Assembly (NCBI GenBank): GCA_905178155.1
Contig: CAJINV010000021.1
Location: 545,530 to 609,529 of the forward strand
DNA: 64,000 nt
Direction of reading: 5' to 3'
Source of the DNA: Amoebophrya sp. A120
Taxonomy: Eukaryota > Protista > Dinoflagellata
A program made the translations under genes and the position numbers. Within the stretch, counting starts at the first letter, position 1, and each line of letters opens with the position of its first letter. The notes below the pieces were generated by a model that saw only the letters and a list, made by a program, of their open reading frames with translations, ran no database searches and was not told the origin of the DNA. Below are positions 46,049-58,142 of the stretch, piece by piece.

Positions 46049-49000
46049 TTAAGATTTTTCTTCTTGTGTATCAAGTGCGCTGCCACCTGCTCCTCCAGCA
46101 GCTACTTTGTTGTTTATTGCAGCTGCGAGGATATTATCGACATTTTGGTTTTCAGCCAACGTCCGAAAAAAATCACTGAGAAAACTGTCCTCAGTACTAG
46201 CTGCCTGTAAAACTTCTGCGGACACTTTTGTCGATATGCGCGCAGTGAGCTTTGGGTCGAGCAGGCAAGAAAATTCGCTGTCATCCTCCAACAGCGGCGC
46301 GGGCCAGGCGTCGACGTCAGTTGCTCTTTGGGGGTAATCGCCGTGTTCGTAATTCCGTTTCTTCTGCAGCAGCTTTTCAGCCGTTTTCCGCATCGTGTCT
46401 CCCAAAAACTTCTCGACTTGCAGATTCGCGCTCAATTGAATAAGTGGCCGGAGGGCGATTTTTTTGAAGAAACTCGCGACCAGACGCGGCTTCCAGCGCG
46501 GTTTCAAACGGAGAGAAAGTGGTCGCGGTGCATAGAAAATTCCGCCCGGTTGTAACAGCGTTGTTTCAGTTTTTCCTGCTGCTCCGAGCGACGCGACAGT
46601 ACTGCCGACGGGAAAGGACGAGCCCCCGCAGCTTCGAGGCGACAACACGACAGGGGTACTAGAAGAGGCTCCTACAATGATAGGTGATTTCAAGCCGGCG
46701 GATGTTGCTGTTAATGGGGACGTGACATCCATCTGATTTTTGTTTTCATGATCTTGAGAGGTCGTAGAAGTGGTAGAAGTAATTGCAGCGGAAGTCGACG
46801 TACCAGCAGCAGGCTTGATGTTGATGCTATGGGGTTCTCAAATGTTACACTCTCAACTGTTACATGATTTGTCACGAAGATGCCGAAACACTAATCATGC
46901 TTCAGACGCTCAAGCTTCTTCGCATGATGACGACTTCGACGCTCTAACTGACATGATAATCTGTGCCAAATCTGTAATGGCAAGACGCGCAAGGTTCCCC
47001 GTTTCGCTTTTGGTGTTCTTGCATCACAAATTCATGCAACAGTTCAAAATATAACGCTTGAGAATCCCGTAGATGTTTTGTTCCAAATACGTTGGAGTAG
47101 TTTTCACTTGCATCCAGAGGAAAATTAGGGGCGCGAGGTCTTCCGGCATAGCACTTGTCGAAGTTGTGGAGCTTGTGAAAGCACTTCCACTATTACTACT
47201 TGTCACCAAGTTCCACACGTGACTGGCTAAATCCTTGTGATGTGGTTTCATCCTGCTCTTCGTCGGCTCAAAGGCGAAGAGTTTCCCCAGTGGTTTGTTG
47301 CGCCGCAAGGCGTTCAAGATGGGCCAAATGTCGTCGGCAGGGGAGGAGTTGTTTTGCCTGCTTGTCGCGCTCGTTGCCGGTGCAGCACCACTTGGAGGCT
47401 GGTGCCCACTCTGAACAAGCGGCTCCGGTTGCGTCGGCCCTCCGTTAAAAACTGCATTTCCACTTTTATAACAGGCTCAGATGTCTAATTCGGCGAATTC
47501 CAAAAAAATTTTTTTAGGTCGTGGGAACGCGTTTCGTTTTCAATGCTGACTCCCCCAGTAAGCTGATACAAACTGGCTACCTCATCGCTGGATAATTGTC
47601 TTGCCACCCGCAAGGCAACCACCTACCTGCGATCTAGCTGACCCCATTAGTTTGAATGGTTCCAAGCATCCCTTTGGAGTTGACATAGCGCCTGCTGTCG
47701 AGGTCTTCTTCCTTTTTTTGGCTTCTGCTTTCTTTTTTGTCGTACTGCTTGGGAGGAAGCTGCCCGATGAGCAAGGGCGCCAACTCCGCCAAGGGGCGAA
47801 GCGCGCACGACGGCCATCTACTTCGTTTCCACAATGGTCTTCGGCGCCTCTGCGACTCCTACACCCCCTGCGCAGGAAATGTCGTCCCTCATCGTAAGGC
47901 TGCCGCGCTTTTGTTGGGGATTGGTTCTCTTCATCTCGTGCAGCTTTCGTGCAAATTGCACAACGCAAGGAGCTTCGATCTACACCATAAGAAAGCGAAA
48001 GCTCACCACTGGCGACTGATTCCGCTCCCAAGGGATCTTCGGGGCCTCTGAGACTGCAAAGACCCCTCTCCAGAAGAAATGGCCGGCGGGCCCAGTCAGA
48101 TGGCTGCCTTTCTAGGTAGACAGGGCGCTGGGCGCTGGCTCGAAATTTACCCAAAAGGCACCACTGCCGAACGGCCCGACTTATGGTTCTGCTTTTCCCG
48201 ACCCCTTTTGTGACCCCCATGATTTTCGCAAAGCTAGACCGGAAAAGTGGCTCCGTGCCGTGCTGATTAGGCTCATAAAGGGGCCACCCGTTTTGAGCAC
48301 GAAATGGCGTCGCTTTGTTTCATTTTTGGCACCCCCCTCCCCTACCCATGATTTTCGCAAAGCTAGACCGGAAAATTCAAAGCGTGCCGCCGTGGTTAGC
48401 CTCGTAAAGAGGTCACCAAAATGCCACCGCTTGGTGGATGAGCTGTGATTTTCGCAAACCTAGACCAATTTTTGAACAGCATAGCATCGGGGAAAGTGTC
48501 ATAAATGTGACACCATTTCGGCCAGGGACTCAGGCCAGTCCCCGGACGCTTGCGGAGGTGCGATCTTTGGGCAAGCTTTCGCCTGATTTTGCAATACGAA
48601 CATGCCTGAGCCGAATCAATGCTGGCAGTGCAGGCGAAGTGCGCGGCTAATGCGTTGAATCGCGGCCAAGCACGACAAAAAATACACCGGAAAGCGCACG
48701 GGAAGCAGCTGCCCGTGCTCCAGAGGGCACCTCTTGGGCCTCGAGACTCCAGTGGCAGCTTTGGAACAAGGGCAGCAACTTGCCGCACGCTTTTGTTCCT
48801 TTGTCCGGTTCGTTGCCTTTTTTTTGTCGTGCAGTTCTCAAGAAATCTGCAGGACAAGCAAAAGTCGAGAATCCAAAAGGACGAGGCTGCCTGGAAATTG
48901 TGGCGCAACTGCACAAATCCATGAGGCGGCTCCCAGGCTGTGCGCCAACTAGTTCAAAGCCGGGCCTTGCGAGGGGCCAACTGGCTCAGTCCGAGGCTTC

Positions 49001-52000
49001 CGTGACCTAAAAAATTTTTTTTGGAATTCGTTGAATTAGACATCTGAGCCTGTTATAACTTTCCGACCCGACTCTTGACGTCAACAACGCGTGCACCAGG
49101 CAGAAGCTTCGGTTGCTGACTTCGAACTCCCTGTGCGCCAATCCGTCGCAGGCGTCGTCGAGTGGGCTCTTCAAAGCGCTCCAGTGACGGCGAATTTTCG
49201 CAAGATTTTGCAGGCGGTCGGCTTCCACATCGTGGTCTTGTTCAGATTCCTCATCTACTTCGTCGTGTGCTGTAGTAGAAGCAGCTTGTGGACGAGGTCC
49301 GCCACCACCACGTCCACCACGTACTCTTGCTTTACTAAGTCCCTGTCCTCCCGCACGAGGTAGAAGTACCTCCGTCAACGTCTCGAGAATCCTCTCCTCG
49401 ATGCAGTGTCGCAGTGCCTTCGTTACGCCCCGTCGCTTTGCTTTCTGCAGTGCTTCATCGAGGAGCAATTTCGACGCTTGGGCGCTCATGTCGGTATCGA
49501 TCTTTTCCTTTTCGCTGTTTTGATGGAGTCGTCGGTTGAAGGTGTTTTCAGAAGTACTATTCATTCCTGTGGACGAAGATGAAGACGAGGATGACATCGT
49601 TTGCACTAGCCGAGCCTGCTGTATCCGCAGAAAAAAACCCATCCACATCCGTTTTTTGCATGACAAGCACACAATTATAATTTTATGTATGTTTTGCATG
49701 ACAAACAAGGCCCACCGGAGCGTGGGGACAGGGTCCCCACGCTGGGGCCTTGTGCCCGTCCATAGTGGCGATAGTGGGGGAAGGGTGTTCGGCATCGGGG
49801 CAGACAGCGTCCGCCCCTCGCCTCGCACCAGGCGCGCGCGTGGTGGCTCAGTGCGCGAAGCACTAGTGGGGGAAGGGTGTTCGGCATCGGGGCGGACAGC
49901 GTCCGCCCCTCGCCTCACACCAGGCGCGCGCATAGTGGCTTAGTGCGCGAAGCGCTAGTGGGGGAAGGGTGTTCGGCATCGGGGCGGACAGCGTCCGCCC
50001 CTCGCCTCACACCAGGCGCGCGCATAGTGGCTTAGTGCGCGAAGCACTAGTGGGAGAAGGCAGGGCGTTCACCCGTCGCGGTCACCTGTCAAGGTCACCT
50101 GTCGAGGTCACCTGTCAAGGCCACCTGTCGAGGTCACCTGTCAAGGTCACCTGTCGCCGGGGGTATGCTGTACCAGAACCCGGAAGTCAAGCAATGTAAA
50201 TATTAATTGGATGTGGATGGGTTTTTTTCTGTGGATATGCTGCAACAAAATTTCGATCCGGAGTTCCACGGCGATGTAACCTGCCAGCGCAGCGTCAGAG
50301 AGGTGCTTCTGTGCGGAGGAGATCTCATCTTTCGCAATCGATAGCACTTTCGCGTGCTCTGCGATACTGGAGGCGAAAATCGTTTCTGCTATGGACAGAG
50401 GCGGGTTGGGCTGTGGCTGTGCAGTAGAAGTCTTCATCTCGCGGCTTCGTATTTTTACCCCGCAATGACGATAGCCGTGGATCGTCGTTTCATGTAGAAT
50501 ACCTTTTTGAGACGAAGATGTTGATGTAGTCGAAGACAATCCTCTTCCTCGCCCTGCTCCTCCTCCTGCTGCCGCACAACTCCCGTCGGCCGCTCCTTGG
50601 TCATGGTCGCGTGGCGTCAAATGGAAATAAATAGTACTGTCGTGGTTTTTGTCGTCTAGATGGTGCTGGTAGCCGTGCGACTCCTTTATCATCTCGTTCA
50701 CCCGCCGCAACACAAAGTCCAGGTCGGCCTGCTCAAAGTCCAGATTTACGATCTCCTTTGCGTTAATATTTCCCGCGTGGGTGTCTAGGTCTACGTCTAC
50801 TCCGCTTGGTGGTTTACTTGACGTCGTTGTGCAACTTGTAGATCCAATCGCGTCCTCCAAGCATTGTCGAAGATTTTGCACAATCGCCGATGAAAGATGT
50901 TGACCAGCGTCAGAACCCTGAAGCTGTTGTAGCCTCTCGCTGTTTTGAAAAAGTTCGTGGTGTACCAGCAACCAGATCTTTTCTGGACCTTCAACAAGAC
51001 GAAGTCGTGGTCCCGGCTGCTTTGCTCTTATTTCATCTGGTCTACAACTTCTACCGGATCCGGAGCAGCTGCTCCGGAGCGCATTCAGAACCTGCAGAGC
51101 CAGCTCATCCGGCACGGGGTCGAGCTGCCCGTCGCCGAGAATACGCAACGCGCCGGTCAGATACGGATGCAGCGGTGGTCTCCTAGTTGTTTCTGGAAGT
51201 AGATTGTTTGTTTCTTCAGACGTCGGTGGATTTTCTACTCTCACGACCTGCTTCTTGTTTCCATCCTCTTTAAGATCTCCCACGGTGCCTTGGCCTTGAG
51301 CAGGCTGAGCGGCGCTAGTACAAGCAGGAGGTTGTTCTTCGCCACAGGCTGCACCGGCTTGGGCCAGCTGCTCACACACGTAGTGCAAAGCTTTCAGGCG
51401 CTGGGTCTGAAGCAGACCTGAAACGCTCCGCCGAAAAGTTTGTCTGGCAAAGGTTGCAGCGAGGGCTTTTGAGTACAGATTCGCCGGCGTGGTCGTGTGC
51501 GACGTTGATGGTGCAGCACTAGAAGCAGTTGTACTAGCTGGTTTTCTCCGGTTGTCCAGCGGAAGCGGAGCAGGAGCAGCTTGCTCTTTATTGGCGCGGT
51601 CAGCTAGTAACACTTGTGCCGCGGTGGATTGTTCTTTATGTTGTTCGCCACAGTTATTTGCAGGTTGAATGTCCGCGTCTGGGTAGTAGTTCAGAAGAGT
51701 AGTTTTCATGGTCGTGTGCCGCTGGAGCGCCAGACTGGTCTCTGCAGCATCTGTATAAGCATGCAGACCCGCAAGCACGACGGCAGAGAGGTGATAGGTG
51801 AAAGAAAGCTGCATCAACATCATGTGGTTAAGGTTCTCCTTCGCTTTTGCGGGTATAGGAGTTTGGGTCGTATTTGCATTTGCGTCACTCATGACACCAT
51901 AATTGTTCGTATTCGTCTGTCCTAAGAAAAGGTCCTGTTCGTGGTCCTCGTGGCGGCGAGCTCCGTTACAAAGGTTGGCAAGGATAGAAGCAACGTCCAA

Positions 52001-55000
52001 CGCTTGAAAAAAACTACAGGAAATAAATGAAGCGGGCCTACTGCTACTGTGGGTGGTGAGCCCCCCTCGTCGCGCATTTATTTTCTCGGACGAACAACTA
52101 CTGCGTCGAATGCTAGTACCGCTGCTCGTCGTCCCGAGCCCGACAGCTCCTTCGGATAACTTCGAGCTTGTCATCAACAACTTTGCCTCCTCGTCCTGCT
52201 CGACCGCAGCTTTGGCTTCTTTTTTGGCGGATGACGTCCGGCGGCCTCCCTTCATGAAAGAACCGGCGTTATTTTCAACAAGTAACTGCTGTTGCGCGAC
52301 CATCGCGTGGCTTTGCTGTTCGCTGATCAACTGTTCCAATTACAAACAATTTCCGCTTTAACGGAGCGGGTCCCGAATTTTGCGAAAGGGCTGCGAGGTT
52401 TTTGCGAGTTTAACGATTCTGCGTCTCGCGCCGCGCCAGTCACGACACAACGAGACACACGCGCCCCGCCGAGCAGGCGAAAACCCCGGGACAACAGGCG
52501 AAGCGCGGAATCCCGACAACTGGGATCAGTCATAGCATCGGGCTCAAAATTGAGCCCGCTGGCACGGTCGTCTCTCCAAAGGCGCGCCAAGACCCAACAA
52601 AGGAATGGGACTCGAGGCAAGGCGGACCACGCGAAGGCCGGCCGGCCGGCGGCCTCTGCGTGCGGCCAGGCTCACCCATGCCAAAACGCCCGTGGAGGCG
52701 CTCTGCGCTAGAACACCCACTGCGGGCCGCCAGCCACATGAAACAAAAACTGCAGGCAGCCAGCCACGCGGCCGCCCGGCCACACAGGCGCACCATCCAA
52801 CTTGCAAGCACAACGGCAACACAAAACCAACCATGCCCCCACGCCGCTCGCCCCCCCAATTATATGAATGGCCCGGGCGGCTTGGTGCCGGCACCTGGCA
52901 ACAAGCTTCCGCGGGCGGGCGGCGTCGCCCACAAGGCCCATCCCCTGCCCGGGCCACGCGCCCGCCCGCGGAGCCAAAGGTCGGCGCCCCGGGCCATGCT
53001 TGCATGGCTTCCCGTGGCGGCTGGGGGCGGGAACACAAAAGAAAACGGCTGCCCTTTTGGGTTTGTTCATCTTCCCGGGAAATCTGCGAGACCTTTGCGA
53101 GATATCGCGAGATGCACGCAAAAAGAGGCGCCCGAACTTTTGCGAGATTTTTGCGAAAATTTTGCGAGATTTTTGCGAACAGGCTTAGAAATTGACTATC
53201 CCGGAAAACGATTTTTCGGATTTCCGGTTTTTCCGAGCAAACAGGCTTAGTAATTTTGCGAGATTCTTGCGAAACGGGTCCCGGATTTTTGCGAAATTTT
53301 TGCGAACAGGCTTACTGGCTCGCTTTCGTCTTTTTCGATTTTTTTGGGCGCAATTTCTGCCGCCGGACACCGAAGCGGCTCTTCTGGGTTTCCCCACCCT
53401 GCTCCCCACCCCCAGGCCCCCCACCCAAGAGGCCCCCGCGCGCCGGCAAGGCAAGCGGCGCAAGGCGCTGCCGGCCCAATAAAGAGAGCCAGCCCGGCAG
53501 CCACCCAGGCCAGACGCACAACCTGCGGCCGCGCTAGGCTGCCCAACCAAGGACGCCGATGCGCCAATGTGACGCGCTGGCGCGCCAGTCTTACTTGCAA
53601 GGGCAACAGCGGCCGCCTCCTGCGTGTCTGGCCAGCCCTCTGGCCCGCCAATGCACGGGGCGGCCACGAGGGGCGCCAGGCAACCTGTCGACCGGCCCAA
53701 GCAACGTCGGCAACCAGAGAACGCAAATACGGCCCGGGGCTAGGTAGCCGGAGCGCCGCCGGGCGGCCACAACTCTTCAACCACGGGGGCTAGCCAAAAC
53801 CTGGCCCGCGACTTCTTGTGCTGGTTATTTCTTTGGAAAGGTGCGCGAGGGAGTCAGCTCGTAGGAGGTGTGCGGGCGACCCTCCCCAGCCAGCTTGTTA
53901 AGGCGGCCCATTCGGGATCGCGGCTAAGCTCACAGTCGGCCTCTTCGTTGTCCCTCCCGAAGGGAGCGACAAAAGACGAGGTCCGGGCGCGGCCAGCTTT
54001 CGCCAAAACGCCACAAGTTGCAGCGGAAAACCCCGCATAACCAATCTGAAGCAAGTCAACAAATCTCGCAAAAACGTCGCAAAAGCCTCGCAAAATTGGA
54101 AGCCCCTTCCGTTAAAGGCGGAAATTGTTTGTAATCCAGTTCTTGCTGCAAACCTGGACTCAGGCAGGTCCGCTGCTTTGCCAGCACGCGAAGCAACACG
54201 GTCAGCAGCCGCTGCACTGCTTGGTGGGTTTTGGCGTGCACAATTTCCGGTCGTTCGGGAGCTTGGATTGCAGCAATCAGCGAGGAGAATGGTGTTGGCG
54301 GAGCTGGTGCCGGAGCGCCTTGTGTTGTTGTAATAGTCGTTTTCAAACCAACATCTGTTGTATGCAGAGTAAGTTTCCTTTCCCCGAACAGCACGTGGTT
54401 GTGGTGTTTGCATGTTGATAAAAACTTAAACTTTTGCATGCGGTTTTTGCATGACATAACCTGACATCGATCCTAGTCAGCACGACAAGTGTTACACTGT
54501 AAGTTGTTGGCGAAATTTGCGATGCCTTTATCTTGTACGCTGTTCTACTTGTACGGACACGGGAATTTTCTTTGTATTGCATAATGCGCAAATGAACCGC
54601 AATAAAGGAGTGAAGTTTCTTTATTGAATTGTATTTCCCATCCCGACGTCCATCCCCTTGCGAGTTCGCTCGACTGCTTCTGCAGAAGGGCGAGCAACGA
54701 CCGCAGCACGACAAAAAGGCTCGGCGAAAACGGGTCGAAAGCATGCGGCTCTCGCAACTGGTGATCAGGAGCGTCAATTCGAGCATCTGGATTTTCCACT
54801 TCGGCCTGTGCTGCTGTCTGCGCTACTACAGATGTCGTACTGAAGGGCGGTGGACCACCAGTTGTGAAGTGCGAAGCTGTCGCTGTATCGATTCGGTCTT
54901 GAGCCCGAACTGATACCGCGTTCAGCTCCTTCCTCGTGAGCTCTTCCTCCACGTGCGATCGAACGTGTGCGAAGATGGAGGGCCGGTCTTGCGCTTCGAC

Positions 55001-57621
55001 ATCGCTTGTGCTCCTGCCGAAGGAAAAAAGGAATGAAGTAGATGCTGGCGTAGTTCTTCTTGTCAGCACGCTAGGATCTTGATCTTGCTCCGTTTTTGTA
55101 GTTGACGTACTAGCGCCGGCTGCCGGCTGGACATGTGGTTGCCCAGCTGCACTACATCGGTGCTGGTCCCCGTTATCGATAGCAAGCCACCACCTCTTGT
55201 TTTCAAAACCGTACGCCCCGGTGCCCAACAGAAACCACCACAAGGAGCTGCTCCAGTGGGGTGGTGATAAGAACTGGTCTTCTTGTGCTTGCTGACCAGG
55301 AGCACGATCGTGGTCAAAAAGATCCGAGATGTAGTTGTTGATACAAATCGTGCTGGACGACTGCCACGACCTCTCGAGGTCAAGCATCTTCATCGCCGTA
55401 CTCCTTGCAAGAGCCTCGTAAAACAGCGACTGCAAGGCCCCGGAGCTGGTGGAAGAACCTGCAGTGGAAGTTGTAGATCCTGGGGCCGCCGCGAAGTAGT
55501 CTTCCACACCGGTGCAGCTGGCCGTGTAAAATGAAACCCCCCGAAGGAGCAAGCGACGCAGGTATCGGGATTGAAGGGACGAATCGCGGGCGGGATGGTT
55601 GCTGTTCAAATGGAACGATTTGTCTTTCATTACGCCTACGTGGTTATTTAGAGCCCGGGCGAGAAGCTCGGTTGCGGGAACAGGAGAAGCCGGCTCGTTT
55701 ATCTTTATCCGCGACGACGGTTGGTACAAAGAACCTGCGCTTTTTGCTAAACTGCAGGGCCACGACGTTGAGATGCCTGACCCTCCTGTCCCGGTCTCGT
55801 TTGCTGCATGATCTAACTCTACTTCGCTCTGTTTTTTCTTGTTCTTCGACAGAACTGAGGACGTGCCGCCTCGACTGGAGGATTGAGCGCCACTCATTCC
55901 CTCCGTGTTCTTTTCAGTGTGTTCTCTGTTCTTGAACAACGAATCCGTGTGGCGTTCGAAGTCCGACGCGGTGATTATCGCCGGGGTGCCGTCGACGGTG
56001 CTCCCCGTTACTGTGTAGCCCATCGTCGTGGCTGGTGCACTTGTCTCATCTACTGCATGTTGTTCATCATGATCTGTGAGATCATTTTTCATTGCTTTTT
56101 CGCCGGTGCCAGAAGGCGAAGAATAGGAAGGCGTTAACAACCTTGCTCTGTAGTGACACTGAAACATCTCCTCCGTCTTTTTCTCTTCGTCCACTAGAAG
56201 CTGCTGCAGCACCAAGCGGGTTCCCAGCTGCTTTCCGGCCCAGCGAGTCACGTCTTCGGTGGCAACGGTCTCCTGCCCCTGGTGCCGGAACGCGGCTTGA
56301 CACAGGTATACGCGCTCCTGCGCGCCCCCAGGTGTGAAATACGTTCCCACATCCTCTTTCATCCGGCGGAAAGTCTTCTCCAAGGCCTCACTCACGATCT
56401 CCACCCCGTGCGACAGGTCGGCGTAGGTGAGGAGTGAATTTTCTGGTTGTGGGGATGGAAGATGAGATTTTTGAGACGTCGTGTGGTCTTCCGCGCCGCT
56501 TCGCGCTGCTGTCGTTGTTGTACTAGCAGATGGCGGCGGTGGCCATTTTCGGCCTCGAATATGTTCTTGCGCAGGGGCAGTGGAGGAGGAGCTCCTCGCG
56601 CTCCCTTCGAATAACAAGCACAGCTGCGCAACTTTCTCGCTACTCGGCGTCCCTTGACGCAAGAGAATCAAAGCTGCGCAGAAGACAAACGGGGACAAAT
56701 GCTCCAGTTTCGGTGCAGGCTCGTTGATTTGCCGTATCTGGTCGAGCACGAGTTCCTCCAGGGCTTGCTGCTTGCTTTTCGACAATCTATTTCTATTTGA
56801 GTCCCCGCTTATTTTTGATTTTGTAGCAGCTGCGCTGGTAGCCGGAGCACCACCTCCACCTCCATCCGCTTCTAGAAGAAGTTCTCCGCCTAAGAAGAGC
56901 CCCGCCGTGTCCGCATGCTCCACCTCGTCATCTGAAGAAGGTTCATCTTCGTAGTAGAATTCGTTCGGTATTTCGATCGTGGTCTTCTCTGGTTCGCTGT
57001 ACCAGTGGAAAAGCGCCGCGACCTCCGAAACTTTGTCCACCCCCAGGAACTCCAAAAATTGCCAGCGGCTCCAAAGTAAAACCGGTCGTGGGCCGCGGTC
57101 GTGCGGCGAGGAGCAGGACCCCGTCTGTTGATCTTTCGTGCTGGTGGTGGCCCTTGGGAAATAAAGATGATCTGCGGCTGCAAGCTCCCTTGCCACGTGG
57201 ATAAAATGGATCAAAGCGTAGATATTGACGTGTTGGAAAGCGAGGAGTGGCTTCGGCATCATCCTGTGATCATGTTCCGGTCGTGTTGCATCCGGGTCGT
57301 AGTTGTTATAAAATGCAAAAATGTCTGGGTCTGGAAGAATTCACGTTTGTCATGCTTGTCTGGCATGACTCTTAAATCTGTCATGCACGTTACCCAAGAG
57401 CTCCGTTTTTCTGTGATGCAGAAGCGCAGTTTGTCATGCAGAATAGGCAACACCTAGGAGCTCAGAAACTTGTCATGCTGAGCCAGCATTTGTAGCCTCA
57501 TCATGAGACGCCACCCAGCATCACAAGTTTCCAGACCCAGACATTTTTACATTTGATAGTTGTCGTGGTTCTTGTCGCGCCGAAGCAACAAACGCTCGCT
57601 CTTCACGACTAGTTGGCCCAT
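46049..57621 (-). CDS. Very large hypothetical multi-exon protein (starts MGQLVV)
   Basis: ORFs 54545-57262, 54056-54457, 50147-52339, 49007-49933 and 47024-47317 join in frame after removing TIR elements; join at ~46828-47053 uncertain. Confidence 0.7.
47467..49057. mobile_element. Long (1.6 kb) TIR introner
   Basis: ~55-bp TIR TATAACAGGCTCAGATGTCTAATTC...; perfect TSD ACTTT; joins GSES-GNAVF. Confidence 0.92.
49622..50237. mobile_element. Introner with nested GC-rich tandem arrays
   Basis: ~29-bp TIR, TSD TGCTG; internal ~92-bp repeat x3 and GGTCACCTGTC repeat x5. Confidence 0.88.
52340..54134. mobile_element. Long (1.8 kb) TIR introner with TTAC...GTAA ends
   Basis: TIR TTACAAACAATTTCCGC(C)TTTAACGGA; TSD TCCAA/TCCAG; many TTTTGCGA motifs; joins QEL-EQLIS. 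Confidence 0.88.
54361..54583. mobile_element. Probable old introner
   Basis: TATGCA...TGCATA ends, frame consistent, TSD diverged. Confidence 0.5.
57307..57558. mobile_element. Introner (GTCTGGGTCTGGAAG family)
   Basis: TSD GTTGT; joins NHDN-YDPD. Confidence 0.9.
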
Positions 57622-57653
57622 CTTGGTTCGGACGTCTTTTGCTTTCTGTAATA

Positions 57654-58142
57654 AGTTGTACGAAGGAGAAAAAAGCCACCGCTTTCTTAGGTAGCTTCAA
57701 ACCACCGACAGGCTACTCCTACTTCTAGTTTTAAAGTCCCTCGATTACAATGAAGATTTCACCTAAAAGTACCACAACGTCCTTGACACGTTAGCTGTAG
57801 TTGCACGTATGAATTTGGATCTTCGTAGTACGATTGCTTTTTTATGCAGATTCCCCTCGTTCACCTCATCGCTCTACCGCTCCTTTCTTTCACTTCTGTG
57901 AACACGACCATGTGCAAAAGCAAAACAAACCACATTTTTCACGGATATCTTCGTCAACATACCGGTCGTGCAGTAGGTGGAGACTTTTTTGGTGTTACGT
58001 TGACCTTCCTACATAATTGTCTTCATTTTTTAAAAACTTCAATTTATCTCATCATACATCAGCTCGCAGATGAAGTTTCTTCTTCCAATCGCATTTGCAA
58101 GTAACGGTCAAACACTTTCGACTCTGCCAGACTGTCTCGCCG
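57654..58142. repeat. Diverged copy of the MCTP-like gene 3' end and downstream region (61866-62574)
   Basis: Shared blocks, e.g. CATCATACATCAGCTCGCAG...CAAGTAACGGTCAAAC. Confidence 0.9.

Noticed and set aside
47582-48914. Transposase in the 1.6-kb element (CxxC in two ORFs)
   Set aside because: No catalytic motif recognisable; a profile search is needed.
52530-54040. Overlapping ORFs in the GC-rich element
   Set aside because: Stop-poor GC-rich DNA with no protein motifs.
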